Positions 50,873-60,752 of a stretch of DNA of 64,000 bases are shown one piece after another. How positions within the stretch are numbered: position 1 is the stretch's first letter; each line of letters starts with the position of its first letter. Origin of the DNA: an uncultured Lachnospiraceae bacterium (GTDB lineage Bacteria > Bacillota > Clostridia > Lachnospirales > Lachnospiraceae); NCBI GenBank assembly GCA_946491665.1, contig CAMLYL010000002.1, forward strand, positions 16,253-80,252, read 5' to 3'. The notes beneath the pieces were generated by a model that searched no databases, was not told the DNA's origin, and was given only the letters and a program-made list of their open reading frames with translations. Position numbers and translations under genes: made by a program.

Positions 50873-52774
50873 TTAGGCTTCTTCCCGGATCTGACGGATC
50901 TGATGGATTTTTTCCGTTACATTCAGCAGATTTCTGGTATAACGCTCTGCCAGATCATGGAAAAACGGAAAGGAGTTTACTTCCGGCGGGGTGATCTGGT
51001 CCGCATGGGGAGGACGCCGGTCTTTCAGTATATCATACGCCTGGCGGGAAAATTCCCCGACAGCGCGGCGTTCTTCTTCGGACAACTTTTCCGTATGGAT
51101 CAGAACGATCATCTGTTCCGCTTCTGCAACCATCCGCCACAGCAGCAGAAGAAGCTGTTCATAGTAGACATGAAGCGACTGAGGATGACTGTTCAGATAT
51201 TTGCGCACCTCATCGCACAGCATGTGGAAGTTGACCAGGGTGTTGTGCAGAATTGTCAGGCTGATTTTTCTGCTGAGTCCCGCCTCCAGAACCCGGATAT
51301 AGTACCGCTGCATCCGGTAAAGCTCATGGAGATTGAACCGGAACTGCTTTTCCCGGGTGGAAGGGAAAATAAACCGGTTTACCAGGAAAACCAGAAGGGC
51401 GGCGATGCCCAGATACAGCAGCCGGTATTCCACCGCGGCCCCGCTGCCCAGCGTAATGGAGGCCATGGACACGCCGCAGGCAGTGGCAAATATCGGCTGT
51501 ACCCATTTTCCGGGAGTGGACAGATACATACATGTAATCATCACTGTAAAGAAGGCATATGTCCACGCCGGACCGGGCAGAAGCAGACAGGCTCCGTAAG
51601 CGGCCACACAGCCAATGATGCTTCCAATCAGTCTGGCCTGTACACGGGTGACGCTGTCCTCATACAGAGGCTGGATGATGACAAAGGCATTCAGAGCCAG
51701 CCAGTAGGAGTGCTCGGCGTGGGAAAGATCCACAATCGCAAAGCAGATGGTCATGACCAGGGCCAGCCGCAGCGCAAAGCGGAACTCAAAGGCGTTCAGC
51801 TTCAGATGATTGATCAGATCCTGGAAATAGCGGTGCACCGGAAACGGCTCCCTGTGGGGCGTGGTTTCAGTCATTTCTTTCAGGGCAACTACAAGCAGAC
51901 GGAGAACATTCCGGTAAAAAGAGCCGAAGCGGAACTCCAGAGTCTTTCCTTTTTCCAGAAGTTCCCTGGCGTCGCAGATCAGATCGCCGTTATCGGTCTG
52001 GTTCATTTCCAGAGCGGCGCGGGACAGAAAGGCGGCAAGTTCTTTCCTGGCCCGGGGAGCGGCCTCCGCCGCTGATACATTCTTTTTATCAACAAAATAA
52101 TAGGCGGAACGCTGGAATATAAGCCCGAAGGTATAGTAGACGTGCTCTGCCCGGGCAAATACATGCATGACATTGTGACCGTTATAGGACATTTTATACA
52201 TGGTATGTTCCAGGGAAATCAGACCTGCGTTATCTGTATCTCCGGTGGCAAGACGGTCTGCAATCTGCCGCAGCCCGTCCCGGATAATGGAAAAATCCAG
52301 CTTCTGCGTCCGGAAGCGCTGCAGAATCATAAGGACCGTCACCAGAATTCCTGTTGCGAGTGTGGAAATCACCATCATCCGCGGAATATTATTCTGGTAA
52401 CCGGGGATTAACTGAAGGAAAACAAAGGTAATCATTCCCACAAAGTATCCTTTGTTATTAAAGGGCGAGGATCTCAAGGCAGTCCACACCAGAGGAAACA
52501 GGGCGTTAAAGGTCAGATGCAGCACGACGTTCGCGGAGGCCAGGCAGGCCAGGGCGCAGACCAGAATCTGACTGCAGGCCAGAACCAGGACTTCACGGAG
52601 GGTGAGCCTTTTCTGATAGTTGAAATTGAAGGCGGAACCGGTGAAGGAGGCAACAAAGCCGTAGTTCGGGCCGAACAGAAGAAAAATCAGATAGAAAAGC
52701 AGTAAATAAAAAGCTGCTTTTGGCAGCCCGTTTTTTAATCTGTCTTTTGTCAGAATCTGCTTCAATTTCATCAC
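50873..52774 (-). CDS. FUSC-family (aromatic acid exporter-like) membrane protein
   Basis: FRFALRL, HSYWLALN...QP, RLIGSIIG; two TM clusters. Confidence 0.85.
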   Translation of the reverse strand: MMKLKQILTKDRLKNGLPKAAFYLLLFYLIFLLFGPNYGFVASFTGSAFNFNYQKRLTLREVLVLACSQILVCALACLASANVVLHLTFNALFPLVWTALRSSPFNNKGYFVGMITFVFLQLIPGYQNNIPRMMVISTLATGILVTVLMILQRFRTQKLDFSIIRDGLRQIADRLATGDTDNAGLISLEHTMYKMSYNGHNVMHVFARAEHVYYTFGLIFQRSAYYFVDKKNVSAAEAAPRARKELAAFLSRAALEMNQTDNGDLICDARELLEKGKTLEFRFGSFYRNVLRLLVVALKEMTETTPHREPFPVHRYFQDLINHLKLNAFEFRFALRLALVMTICFAIVDLSHAEHSYWLALNAFVIIQPLYEDSVTRVQARLIGSIIGCVAAYGACLLLPGPAWTYAFFTVMITCMYLSTPGKWVQPIFATACGVSMASITLGSGAAVEYRLLYLGIAALLVFLVNRFIFPSTREKQFRFNLHELYRMQRYYIRVLEAGLSRKISLTILHNTLVNFHMLCDEVRKYLNSHPQSLHVYYEQLLLLLWRMVAEAEQMIVLIHTEKLSEEERRAVGEFSRQAYDILKDRRPPHADQITPPEVNSFPFFHDLAERYTRNLLNVTEKIHQIRQIREEA

Positions 52775-52875
52775 TTCCTTTTTGTATTCCAGAATTGGAC
52801 AGGATAATCATGTTTTTTTAATAATACTACTATTTCTGGAATCTGGAAAGAAATTTTTATATGATTTAAGGTTGT

Positions 52876-53784
52876 CTATTTTCTTAGAATTTTGTTTTCA
52901 AAGAGTATACGCAAAAAAGCTTCGCATAGGCTGGATTGGGAAAGTTGTTTCCTGTGCATAACAATGAGATTTCTCTTTGGAAGAGTGATCTCAAGTTCTA
53001 CTTTTTTCATCTTATTATTTCTAAGTTTTTTTTCGACTAAAATTTCGGGAAGAATCCCTATCCCATAATTGTTTTCCACCAGAATCTGTATGGTTGAGGA
53101 AGTCTGAACAGAGTATGATGGTTCAAAAAAAGTCCCCTGTTCAATAAAATATTGGCTGATCTGTGCATATGCACTGGAATCTCTTCCCGGACAAATAATA
53201 GGATAGCAGGAGAGTTCCCGGACAGTCAGAGGATGGGATTCTTCAATAACATAGTTGTTTCCGGCAACTGCTATGATAGGGAAAGCGATTCCCTCATAGA
53301 TTGTGTATTCATCGGGATACTGAAAAGGTGTTACTCCGATGGCGAGATCTGCTTCTTCGCTTTGCAGATGTTTCAGACTTGCAGCTGTGCTGCCTCCTCC
53401 GAACAGACGTATTTTCGCTTCCGGATGTTGTTCCCTGAACGTGCTAAGCATAGGAAGAATAACAGAAAACAGAGGGGTTTCTGTTGCTGAAATGGACAGA
53501 GTACCGGCAGAATGTTCCTTTGAGCGGACTAATTCTTTTTCGCCGTTGAGAAATGCATGAAAGCCCTGCCGGACATGTTTGAAAAGCAGTGCTCCTGCAG
53601 GAGTAAGCTCTGTAGATCTTGATTTCCTGTAGAAAAGTTCTGTTCCCATATAGTTTTCGAGTTTTTTAATTGTCTGGGTGCATGCAGGCTGAGTAATATA
53701 CAATGCGTCCGCAGCTTTTGAAATACTTTTAAGACTGGCTACATAATAAAAAGTTCGAAGATATTCCATATTAAAATCAAGCAT
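52876..53784 (-). CDS. LysR-family regulator
   Basis: SISKAADALYITQPACTQTIKKLE...LTPAG. Confidence 0.92.
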   Translation of the reverse strand: MLDFNMEYLRTFYYVASLKSISKAADALYITQPACTQTIKKLENYMGTELFYRKSRSTELTPAGALLFKHVRQGFHAFLNGEKELVRSKEHSAGTLSISATETPLFSVILPMLSTFREQHPEAKIRLFGGGSTAASLKHLQSEEADLAIGVTPFQYPDEYTIYEGIAFPIIAVAGNNYVIEESHPLTVRELSCYPIICPGRDSSAYAQISQYFIEQGTFFEPSYSVQTSSTIQILVENNYGIGILPEILVEKKLRNNKMKKVELEITLPKRNLIVMHRKQLSQSSLCEAFLRILFENKILRK

Positions 53785-53802
53785 AAATATAAACCTCAAA
53801 AT

Positions 53803-53817
53803 ATAATTTGAACTTAT
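53803..53817. promoter_or_regulatory. LysR binding box (T-N11-A)
   Basis: ATAA-N7-TTAT between divergent lysR and atuA-like gene. Confidence 0.55.
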
Positions 53818-53900
53818 GTATAATATAATAAATATCAATTTGAATTATATATCATAACAGGTTAAAATGCAAGTATCAATCAAGAGAAAGGAGACAGGTA

Positions 53901-55259
53901 ATGAAACGTGTGAGAATCGCTTCCGGTGCAGGATTTGCCGGAGACCGCATAGAGCCCGCATTGGAAATTATCAGACAAAATGCCGCAGACTATATCATTT
54001 TTGAATGTCTGGCAGAAAGAACGATAGCGTTGGCTCAAAAATGCCGGATGAAAAATTCAGAGCTGGGATACAATGCACTATTGGATTATCGTATGGAAAA
54101 AGTGATTCCGCTTTTGAAGGAGCATCCAGTCAGAATTATAACGAACATGGGGGCTGCGAATCCGAAAAATGCAGCGAAACATATTTATGAAATTGCGGTG
54201 AGGAACGGTTTGGAAAAACTGAAGATTGCTGTTGTGGAAGGTGATGATGTGCTGAATATCCTGGAACAATTTTCAAAGGCGGAAATTATGGAAACCGGAA
54301 AACCGCTGGATAGTTTAAAGGGAAGGATTGTTTCCGCAAATGCCTATATCGGAGGACAGGGAATTTCAAAAGCACTGGAAGCAGGAGCGGATATTGTTGT
54401 GACAGGAAGGGTTGCTGATCCATCATTGACTACAGGAGCATTAATGTATGCATTTGGAAAGTCTTATGATGATTTTGATTTTATTGGAAAAACAGTTGTT
54501 GCGGGACATTTGCTGGAATGTGGGGCACAGGTAACCGGCGGCTATTATGCAGATCCAGGGAAAAAGGATGTGCCGGATCTCTGGCGTGTTGGATTTCCCA
54601 TTATAAATTTTGATGAAACAGGAGACTTTGTTATAAGCAAATTACCGGAAAGCGGCGGATGTGTTACGGAGGCAACAGTAAAAGAACAGCTGCTTTATGA
54701 AATACAGGATCCATCTCAGTATATTACGCCGGATGTGGTTGCGGATTTTTCTGAAATCAGAGTACAGGAGATTGGTAAAGATACAGTATCTGTTACGGGT
54801 GCTGCCGGAAGATCTGAAACTCAGACATATAAAGTCAGTGTCGGATATGAGGATGGTTACATTGGTACAGGCGAGATCAGCTATGGAGGAATCAACTGTG
54901 TTGCCAGGGCAGAGTTGACGGCGGAAATTCTGGAAAAACGTTTTGAAGAAATATCGAATCGTATTCTGGAAAAAAGAATCGATATAATCGGTATAAATAG
55001 TTTGTATAAAGACGCATTAAAACAATCTTTATCAGAACCTGTTGAAGTCAGGGTACGGCTTGCTGTCAGGACAGAAACAGAATCAGATGCAAAAGAAGCT
55101 GGAAGAGAGGTAGAGGCGCTTTATACTAACGGTCCTGCCGGAGGTGGAGGAGCCCGCTCAAGTGTAACACATATTATATCAATTGCTTCTATTTTAATTG
55201 ATAAAAGATATGTACATACAGAAGTCTTTTTGGAGGGGGAAAAATATGAAGTTATTTGA
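53901..55259 (+). CDS. AtuA / DUF1446 family protein
   Basis: GAGFAGDR, FECLAERT, SANAYIG, TGRVAD, GHLLECG, EQLLYE, TPDV, YTNGPAGGGG. Confidence 0.9.
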   Translation: MKRVRIASGAGFAGDRIEPALEIIRQNAADYIIFECLAERTIALAQKCRMKNSELGYNALLDYRMEKVIPLLKEHPVRIITNMGAANPKNAAKHIYEIAVRNGLEKLKIAVVEGDDVLNILEQFSKAEIMETGKPLDSLKGRIVSANAYIGGQGISKALEAGADIVVTGRVADPSLTTGALMYAFGKSYDDFDFIGKTVVAGHLLECGAQVTGGYYADPGKKDVPDLWRVGFPIINFDETGDFVISKLPESGGCVTEATVKEQLLYEIQDPSQYITPDVVADFSEIRVQEIGKDTVSVTGAAGRSETQTYKVSVGYEDGYIGTGEISYGGINCVARAELTAEILEKRFEEISNRILEKRIDIIGINSLYKDALKQSLSEPVEVRVRLAVRTETESDAKEAGREVEALYTNGPAGGGGARSSVTHIISIASILIDKRYVHTEVFLEGEKYEVI

Positions 55260-55545
55260 TATTGCACATTCCAGAACTGGTGATAAAGGGAATTTGTCGA
55301 CAATTTCTGTGATTGTGTACGATGAAAGTGATTATGATTATATAAAACAGAAACTGACTGCAGATGTGGTAATGAGTAAGTTTTCTGCTATCGGCTGTAC
55401 ATCGGTCGAGCGATATGAAATTCCGTCATTGGGAGCGTTGAATTTTGTTTTGCATAATACCTTGGGAGGCGGCGTTACCCGTTCATTAGCCTTGGACGCT
55501 CATGGGAAATCATTGAGCGGTCTTATGCTGGATATCGATATATAA
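55246..55545 (+). CDS. AtuA-associated small subunit (AtuA C-terminal-like)
   Basis: IAHSRTGDKG, LNFVL...LGGG, DAHGK; ATG 55246 after GGAGG. Confidence 0.85.
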   Translation: MKLFDIAHSRTGDKGNLSTISVIVYDESDYDYIKQKLTADVVMSKFSAIGCTSVERYEIPSLGALNFVLHNTLGGGVTRSLALDAHGKSLSGLMLDIDI

Positions 55546-55567
55546 ATCAAAAGAGGAGGGAATTGTA

Positions 55568-56872
55568 ATGAATAGTAAAAAAAATTCCTGGGCAGGACCA
55601 AAGCAGCTGGGGATAGCTATTTTCTGTGGGATTTTGTTTTTGGCGTATACCTGTATGAATACGGGTATGACTAATACTATTTTGCCAATGGTGTGTGAAA
55701 CCAGGGGATGGGAATATAGCAATATTTTACCGTTTATGAGTTATGGCGGTTATATCGGGGCAATCAGCGCGCTGTTTTTTACACAGCTGGCGATGAAAAA
55801 AAGCCCCAAATTTGTAATTGTACTCAGTCTAATCCTGGCGGCTGTCTGCGCAATATTATATGGAACAAGCGAGAATTATGCAATTTTTCTGATCAGTGTA
55901 ATAGGTAATCGTGTGTTTGGTATGGCGTACCAGGCTGCCGGTGCAACTGTAATTCTTACAAACTGGTTCCCCAGAACGAAGGGAATTGTATTGGGATGGG
56001 TTACTATGGGAATTATTTTATCAGATGTTATCTGGTCGCCTTATATTCCCAGTGCAGTTGCGGCAATCGGACTTACACCGGTATTTCTTATAGTTGGCAC
56101 TGCATTTGTGATTCTGGCATTAATTACCGTTTTTTCAGTACATAATTATCCGGAGGAATGTGGCTGTTATCCGGATAACGACCCGACTGGTCTGGTAGAG
56201 CTGAATGCAGATGATGTAATTAAGAAAAGTTATGACAGCAGTTTTACTGTAAAAAAATTGCTGAAAACTCCCCAGGTCTGGCAGATTGGTATTGGATGGG
56301 GGGCATTGTGGATGATCGGAGTGGCTTTTGTCAGTCAATTGGTAAATCGATGTGTTTCGATCGGTTATGAGTCATCATTTGCGGTTCATGTTCTTCAGAT
56401 ATCATCTATTATTGGGCTGTTTGGCTCCTGGTTGTTTGGTTTTCTGGATCAGAAGCTGGGAACCAAAAAAGCGACGCTGATATTTTGTGTGTCAATTGCC
56501 GTCTTGTTTGTAGTCGGTCTTTTCCAGCCGCAGGGACAGGCAATGGTATGGATCAGCGCATGCGGTATTATGGGATGTGTAGGAGGGATTTGTAATTTGC
56601 AACCTTCTATGGTAGGAACCATATTTGGAAGGTGGGATTTTTCAGCAGCAAACCGGATTATCACTCCAATTGCGACAGTTATGATGTCTTCCAGTTTTAT
56701 TATTGTTTCCTGCTGTATTAAGACATCACTGGGATATAATGCTTTATATGTCTGCTGTGCTGTTATCGCAGTCATAATATTTTTTGTGGTGCTGACCACA
56801 AAGGAGAAAATGATTGGTGCAACAGATGAGGATGTTTTAAAAACGACTGATGAAAGGAGCGGCTATGAATAA
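55568..56872 (+). CDS. MFS transporter (OFA-like)
   Basis: About 12 TM helices; NWFPRTKGIVLG; GFLDQKLG. Confidence 0.85.
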   Translation: MNSKKNSWAGPKQLGIAIFCGILFLAYTCMNTGMTNTILPMVCETRGWEYSNILPFMSYGGYIGAISALFFTQLAMKKSPKFVIVLSLILAAVCAILYGTSENYAIFLISVIGNRVFGMAYQAAGATVILTNWFPRTKGIVLGWVTMGIILSDVIWSPYIPSAVAAIGLTPVFLIVGTAFVILALITVFSVHNYPEECGCYPDNDPTGLVELNADDVIKKSYDSSFTVKKLLKTPQVWQIGIGWGALWMIGVAFVSQLVNRCVSIGYESSFAVHVLQISSIIGLFGSWLFGFLDQKLGTKKATLIFCVSIAVLFVVGLFQPQGQAMVWISACGIMGCVGGICNLQPSMVGTIFGRWDFSAANRIITPIATVMMSSSFIIVSCCIKTSLGYNALYVCCAVIAVIIFFVVLTTKEKMIGATDEDVLKTTDERSGYE

Positions 56873-57683
56873 TTTTCAAAGAGTGCCTGTAACTGAAGAA
56901 GACAAATTGAAAAGTTATTACAAATATTTCAATAGAGAGCTGGTAGATATCCCGGAAGAAAAAAAGAAAATATTGGAACATCCATTGCTTCCGGATGGGG
57001 CAGGACTGGAGCTTGCGGACCGGAATAAAATTTTTGACCCCGGATATTTACCGGATGAAATAGGCGTGAGTCATCTGAAATCCGGCGGATATTGTTTTTC
57101 CAACCAGAATTTTATTCCCCATGGAACAGGCGAAATGCTTCAGTGGTGGTTCGCATGGCATCCGCTGGATAATCTCAGATACAGTATCTGGGATCCCAGA
57201 GATCATTTTGCGGTTGGAATTTCAGAAGAGACAAGGAAAAAATTAATGAATCCGGATATATCTTTGCTGGAAAAGTGTCAGAATGTCAAGCATTCAAACA
57301 GGGAGATTGTTCTCCTGGGAACAGATCCTATTTCAGTAGTTTTGACATTTCTGAAACCATCTGATATGGGATGGGATGAAAGCCGGATTGGGACAAAAGA
57401 CTGTTCTTTCTTTGTATGTGGAAATGTGGTAAAGCCGGAGGGCGGCGGCCTTCCTATTGTAATTATGCACAGTGCAAGGGATGTGGAAGGAGGCTGTGAG
57501 CATAGAAGCAGAATATGGGTCGGTTATCAGATTATTGATGGAAAAGGAGTATGTGTAGCTCCGGAAGGTTTTGAAATACCGGTTCAGGGGCTCAGAAATC
57601 AATTACAGCATCACTTTTTTGAGATGGCAAATTTAATCACTATTTTACCGGATCTTTACAAAGAGGAAAAAGATAACTGGTAG
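56865..57683 (+). CDS. PhlG/phloretin-hydrolase family C-C hydrolase homolog
   Basis: MLQWWFAWH, YSIWDPRDH, MHSARDVEGGCEHRSRIW, HFFEMANL...LPDLY. Confidence 0.75.
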   Translation: MNNFQRVPVTEEDKLKSYYKYFNRELVDIPEEKKKILEHPLLPDGAGLELADRNKIFDPGYLPDEIGVSHLKSGGYCFSNQNFIPHGTGEMLQWWFAWHPLDNLRYSIWDPRDHFAVGISEETRKKLMNPDISLLEKCQNVKHSNREIVLLGTDPISVVLTFLKPSDMGWDESRIGTKDCSFFVCGNVVKPEGGGLPIVIMHSARDVEGGCEHRSRIWVGYQIIDGKGVCVAPEGFEIPVQGLRNQLQHHFFEMANLITILPDLYKEEKDNW

Positions 57684-57747
57684 ACAAAGTTTACAGCCTG
57701 AGTCAGCTGTTCATAAAATCGTATAAAAAACCGGCGGAAACAGGATA

Positions 57748-57825
57748 GCTGCCATATGGATGACAATGAAAAGCGGGTAGGAGATCAGAGAATCCCTGCC
57801 CGCTTTTCATTGTCTGTATAGCAGC
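57748..57825. terminator. Long hairpin at the island boundary
   Basis: gacaatgaaaagcgggtagg...cctgcccgcttttcattgtc. Confidence 0.65.
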
Positions 57826-57950
57826 AAAGATGAAAAAAGTTGTCAGGGATGCCAATCAGAAAATCATGGAATTGCTGCATAGTTCGGAGAAATTCATGGG
57901 AAAGGAACTGGCAGGGGTGATTAGAAAATGTGGATTAATTTTATCATAAG

Positions 57951-58022
57951 GTCAATTTAATTATATCATTTTCTTAAAAATGATATAATTAAATTGACAA
58001 TGATAATATTAAAATATATAAT
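57951..58022 (+). promoter_or_regulatory. Consensus SigA promoter with a perfect 22-bp inverted repeat over -35
   Basis: TTGACA(57994)-N17-TATAAT(58017); IR 57951-57972 / 57977-57998. Confidence 0.85.
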
Positions 58023-58069
58023 CAGATTATATGAAAGACTGACCAGAAAGTCTGACGGAGCAATTGAAA

Positions 58070-59128
58070 ATGAGACAATTTGATTATCTGGAAAAATGGA
58101 AAAGTCTGCTTACACCGGAAATTGTATTACTGCTTACACAGATACATGAATATAAGGGGGAGCAGACTTTATTTATAGAGGCAAAAGCTGATGCGCTCAC
58201 ACAACTGGTGGAGATAGCCAAAATACAAAGTACAGAAGCCTCTAATAAGATTGAGGGAATTTATACTTCGGATGAGCGGCTGTGCGCTCTGGTCCGGGAT
58301 AAAACGAGGCCGAGAACACGAAATGAGCAGGAGATCGCAGGATACCGGGATGTATTAAATACAATTCATGAAAGTCATGATCATATTCCCCCGAAACCGT
58401 CCATTATTTTACAGCTGCACAGGGATTTATATAAGTTTGAAGGATATGATTTTGGCGGAAGGTATAAAATGGCGGATAATGTAATTGAAGAAGAGGATAC
58501 AGAGGGCAGAAAGTTTGTCCGGTTTCAGCCGGTACCTGCCTGGGAAACACCGGCGGCAATAGAGGAATTATGTGCTGCTTTTGAGCGGGCGTCCACCACA
58601 GGACAGATGGATCAGCTGATTTTAATTCCGATGTTCATACTGGATTTTCTTTGTATTCATCCATTTAATGATGGCAATGGGAGAATGAGCAGGCTGCTTA
58701 CTTTGCTATTGCTTTACCGGGCTGGTTATATTGTCGGGAAGTACATCAGTATAGAAAAACTGATTGAAACCACAAAAGATTCTTACTACGACTGTCTGCA
58801 GAAGAGTTCGGAAGGGTGGTATGAAAATCTGAATAATTACGAACCATTTGTGAAATATATGCTTGGGATTCTTGTGGGGGCATACAGAGAATTCTCTTCC
58901 AGGGTAAAACTGATTACAACCAGTGGAATGTCAAAACCAGACAGAGTGAGGGAAATTATAAAGCAGACACTTGGAGCGATTACAAAAAGAGAAATCCTGG
59001 AGCAATGTCCCGATATCAGCCAGATTACTGTGCAGAGAGCGCTGACAGATCTGACAGAACGGGGCGAGATCATTAAGATAAGCGGCGGACGATATACGAA
59101 ATATACATGGAATAAGGAGAATGAATAA
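58070..59128 (+). CDS. Fic-family protein with N-terminal inhibitory helix and C-terminal HTH
   Basis: HPFNDGNGRMSR canonical Fic motif; SNKIEG inhibitory motif; C-terminal winged helix. Confidence 0.9.
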   Translation: MRQFDYLEKWKSLLTPEIVLLLTQIHEYKGEQTLFIEAKADALTQLVEIAKIQSTEASNKIEGIYTSDERLCALVRDKTRPRTRNEQEIAGYRDVLNTIHESHDHIPPKPSIILQLHRDLYKFEGYDFGGRYKMADNVIEEEDTEGRKFVRFQPVPAWETPAAIEELCAAFERASTTGQMDQLILIPMFILDFLCIHPFNDGNGRMSRLLTLLLLYRAGYIVGKYISIEKLIETTKDSYYDCLQKSSEGWYENLNNYEPFVKYMLGILVGAYREFSSRVKLITTSGMSKPDRVREIIKQTLGAITKREILEQCPDISQITVQRALTDLTERGEIIKISGGRYTKYTWNKENE

Positions 59129-60649
59129 GTGATTACAGGAGAATTGAAAAATAAGATTGATGGATTATGGGATGTGTTTGCGGCAGGCGGACTGGTAAAT
59201 CCGCTGGAAGTAATAGAGCAGATCACATATCTGATGTTCATCCATGACCTGGATGATTCTGATAATATGCGGGCGAAGGAGAGCGCAATGCTGGGACTTC
59301 CCTTTCAGAGCATCTTTGCGGAGGAAATGAAAATCGGGGAGCGGGTGATCAATGGCACACAGTTAAAGTGGTCGGTATTTCATGATTTCCCCGCAGATAA
59401 AATGTACAGCGTAATACAGGAATGGGTATTTCCCTTTATCAAAACTCTGCATACGGACAAGGACAGCGCCTATTCCAAATATATGGATGATGCTATTTTT
59501 AAACTCCCGACGCCATTGCTGCTGTCAAAAGTGGTAGATTCCCTGGATGAAATATATGAGCTTATGAGTGAGGCGCAGTCGGTGGATGTCCGTGGAGATG
59601 TATATGAGTATCTTCTTTCCAAGATTGCGCAGTCCGGGCGTAATGGACAGTTCCGGACGCCGAGACATATTATCCGGATGATGGTAGAATTGATGGATCC
59701 TTCCGCTGATGAAATTATCTGTGATCCTGCCTGCGGCACTTCCGGATTCCTTGTCGCAGCCGGAGAATACTTAAAGGAAAAACGGAAAGAAGAAATCTTT
59801 TATGACAGACAGAAAAAAGATCATTATATGAATCATATGTTTCATGGATACGATATGGACCGTACCATGCTCCGGATCGGAGCCATGAATATGATGACGC
59901 ATGGAATTGATAATCCTTATATTGAATACAGAGACAGCCTGTCTGATCAGAATCCCGATAAAGACATGTATACCCTGGTGTTGGCAAATCCTCCGTTTAA
60001 AGGAAGTCTTGACGCGGAATCTGTATCAGGAGATCTGCTGAAAGTATGTAAGACCAAAAAAACAGAGCTTCTATTCCTGGCATTGTTTCTGCGCATGCTG
60101 AAAGTTGGAGGAAGATGTGCCTGTATTGTTCCGGATGGGGTGCTGTTTGGTTCCTCTACAGCCCATAAAGCGATCCGGAAGGAAATTGTTGAAAATCAGA
60201 GGCTGGAAGCCGTTATTTCCATGCCTTCCGGCGTATTTAAACCCTATGCTGGCGTTTCAACGGCCATCCTTATTTTTACAAAAACAGGTCATGGAGGAAC
60301 AGATCAGGTATGGTTTTATGATATGACCGCAGACGGATTCAGTCTGGACGATAAGCGGACCCCATGCGCGGATAATGATATCCCGGATATCATAGAGAGA
60401 TTTAAAAATCTGGATAAAGAAGCAGAACGAAAACGGACAGAGAAATCATTTCTGGTACCCAGACAGGAAATTGCGGATAATGGTTACGATCTCAGTATTA
60501 ATAAGTACAAGGAGATTGAGTACATTCCGGTAGAATATCCTCCCACATCTGAGATTATGGCAGAGATCCGGGAACTGGAGGCGCAGATACAGACGGAGAT
60601 GGATGAGCTTGAAAAATTGCTGGGGGATGAAGTGAATTTGAAATCTTGA
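59129..60649 (+). CDS. hsdM: Type I R-M methyltransferase subunit M (N6-adenine)
   Basis: GQFRTPRHII, DPACGTSGFL, LANPPF, VPDGVLFG. Confidence 0.95.
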   Translation: MITGELKNKIDGLWDVFAAGGLVNPLEVIEQITYLMFIHDLDDSDNMRAKESAMLGLPFQSIFAEEMKIGERVINGTQLKWSVFHDFPADKMYSVIQEWVFPFIKTLHTDKDSAYSKYMDDAIFKLPTPLLLSKVVDSLDEIYELMSEAQSVDVRGDVYEYLLSKIAQSGRNGQFRTPRHIIRMMVELMDPSADEIICDPACGTSGFLVAAGEYLKEKRKEEIFYDRQKKDHYMNHMFHGYDMDRTMLRIGAMNMMTHGIDNPYIEYRDSLSDQNPDKDMYTLVLANPPFKGSLDAESVSGDLLKVCKTKKTELLFLALFLRMLKVGGRCACIVPDGVLFGSSTAHKAIRKEIVENQRLEAVISMPSGVFKPYAGVSTAILIFTKTGHGGTDQVWFYDMTADGFSLDDKRTPCADNDIPDIIERFKNLDKEAERKRTEKSFLVPRQEIADNGYDLSINKYKEIEYIPVEYPPTSEIMAEIRELEAQIQTEMDELEKLLGDEVNLKS

Positions 60650-60752
60650 TTCTTGAAAATGAATTATATACAATAATACTGTCAATATGGTAAAGATTTA
60701 GAAAAATATGATTCATAAATTGGAAGTTAAGATATGGTTAGAGGGAGTTGCT

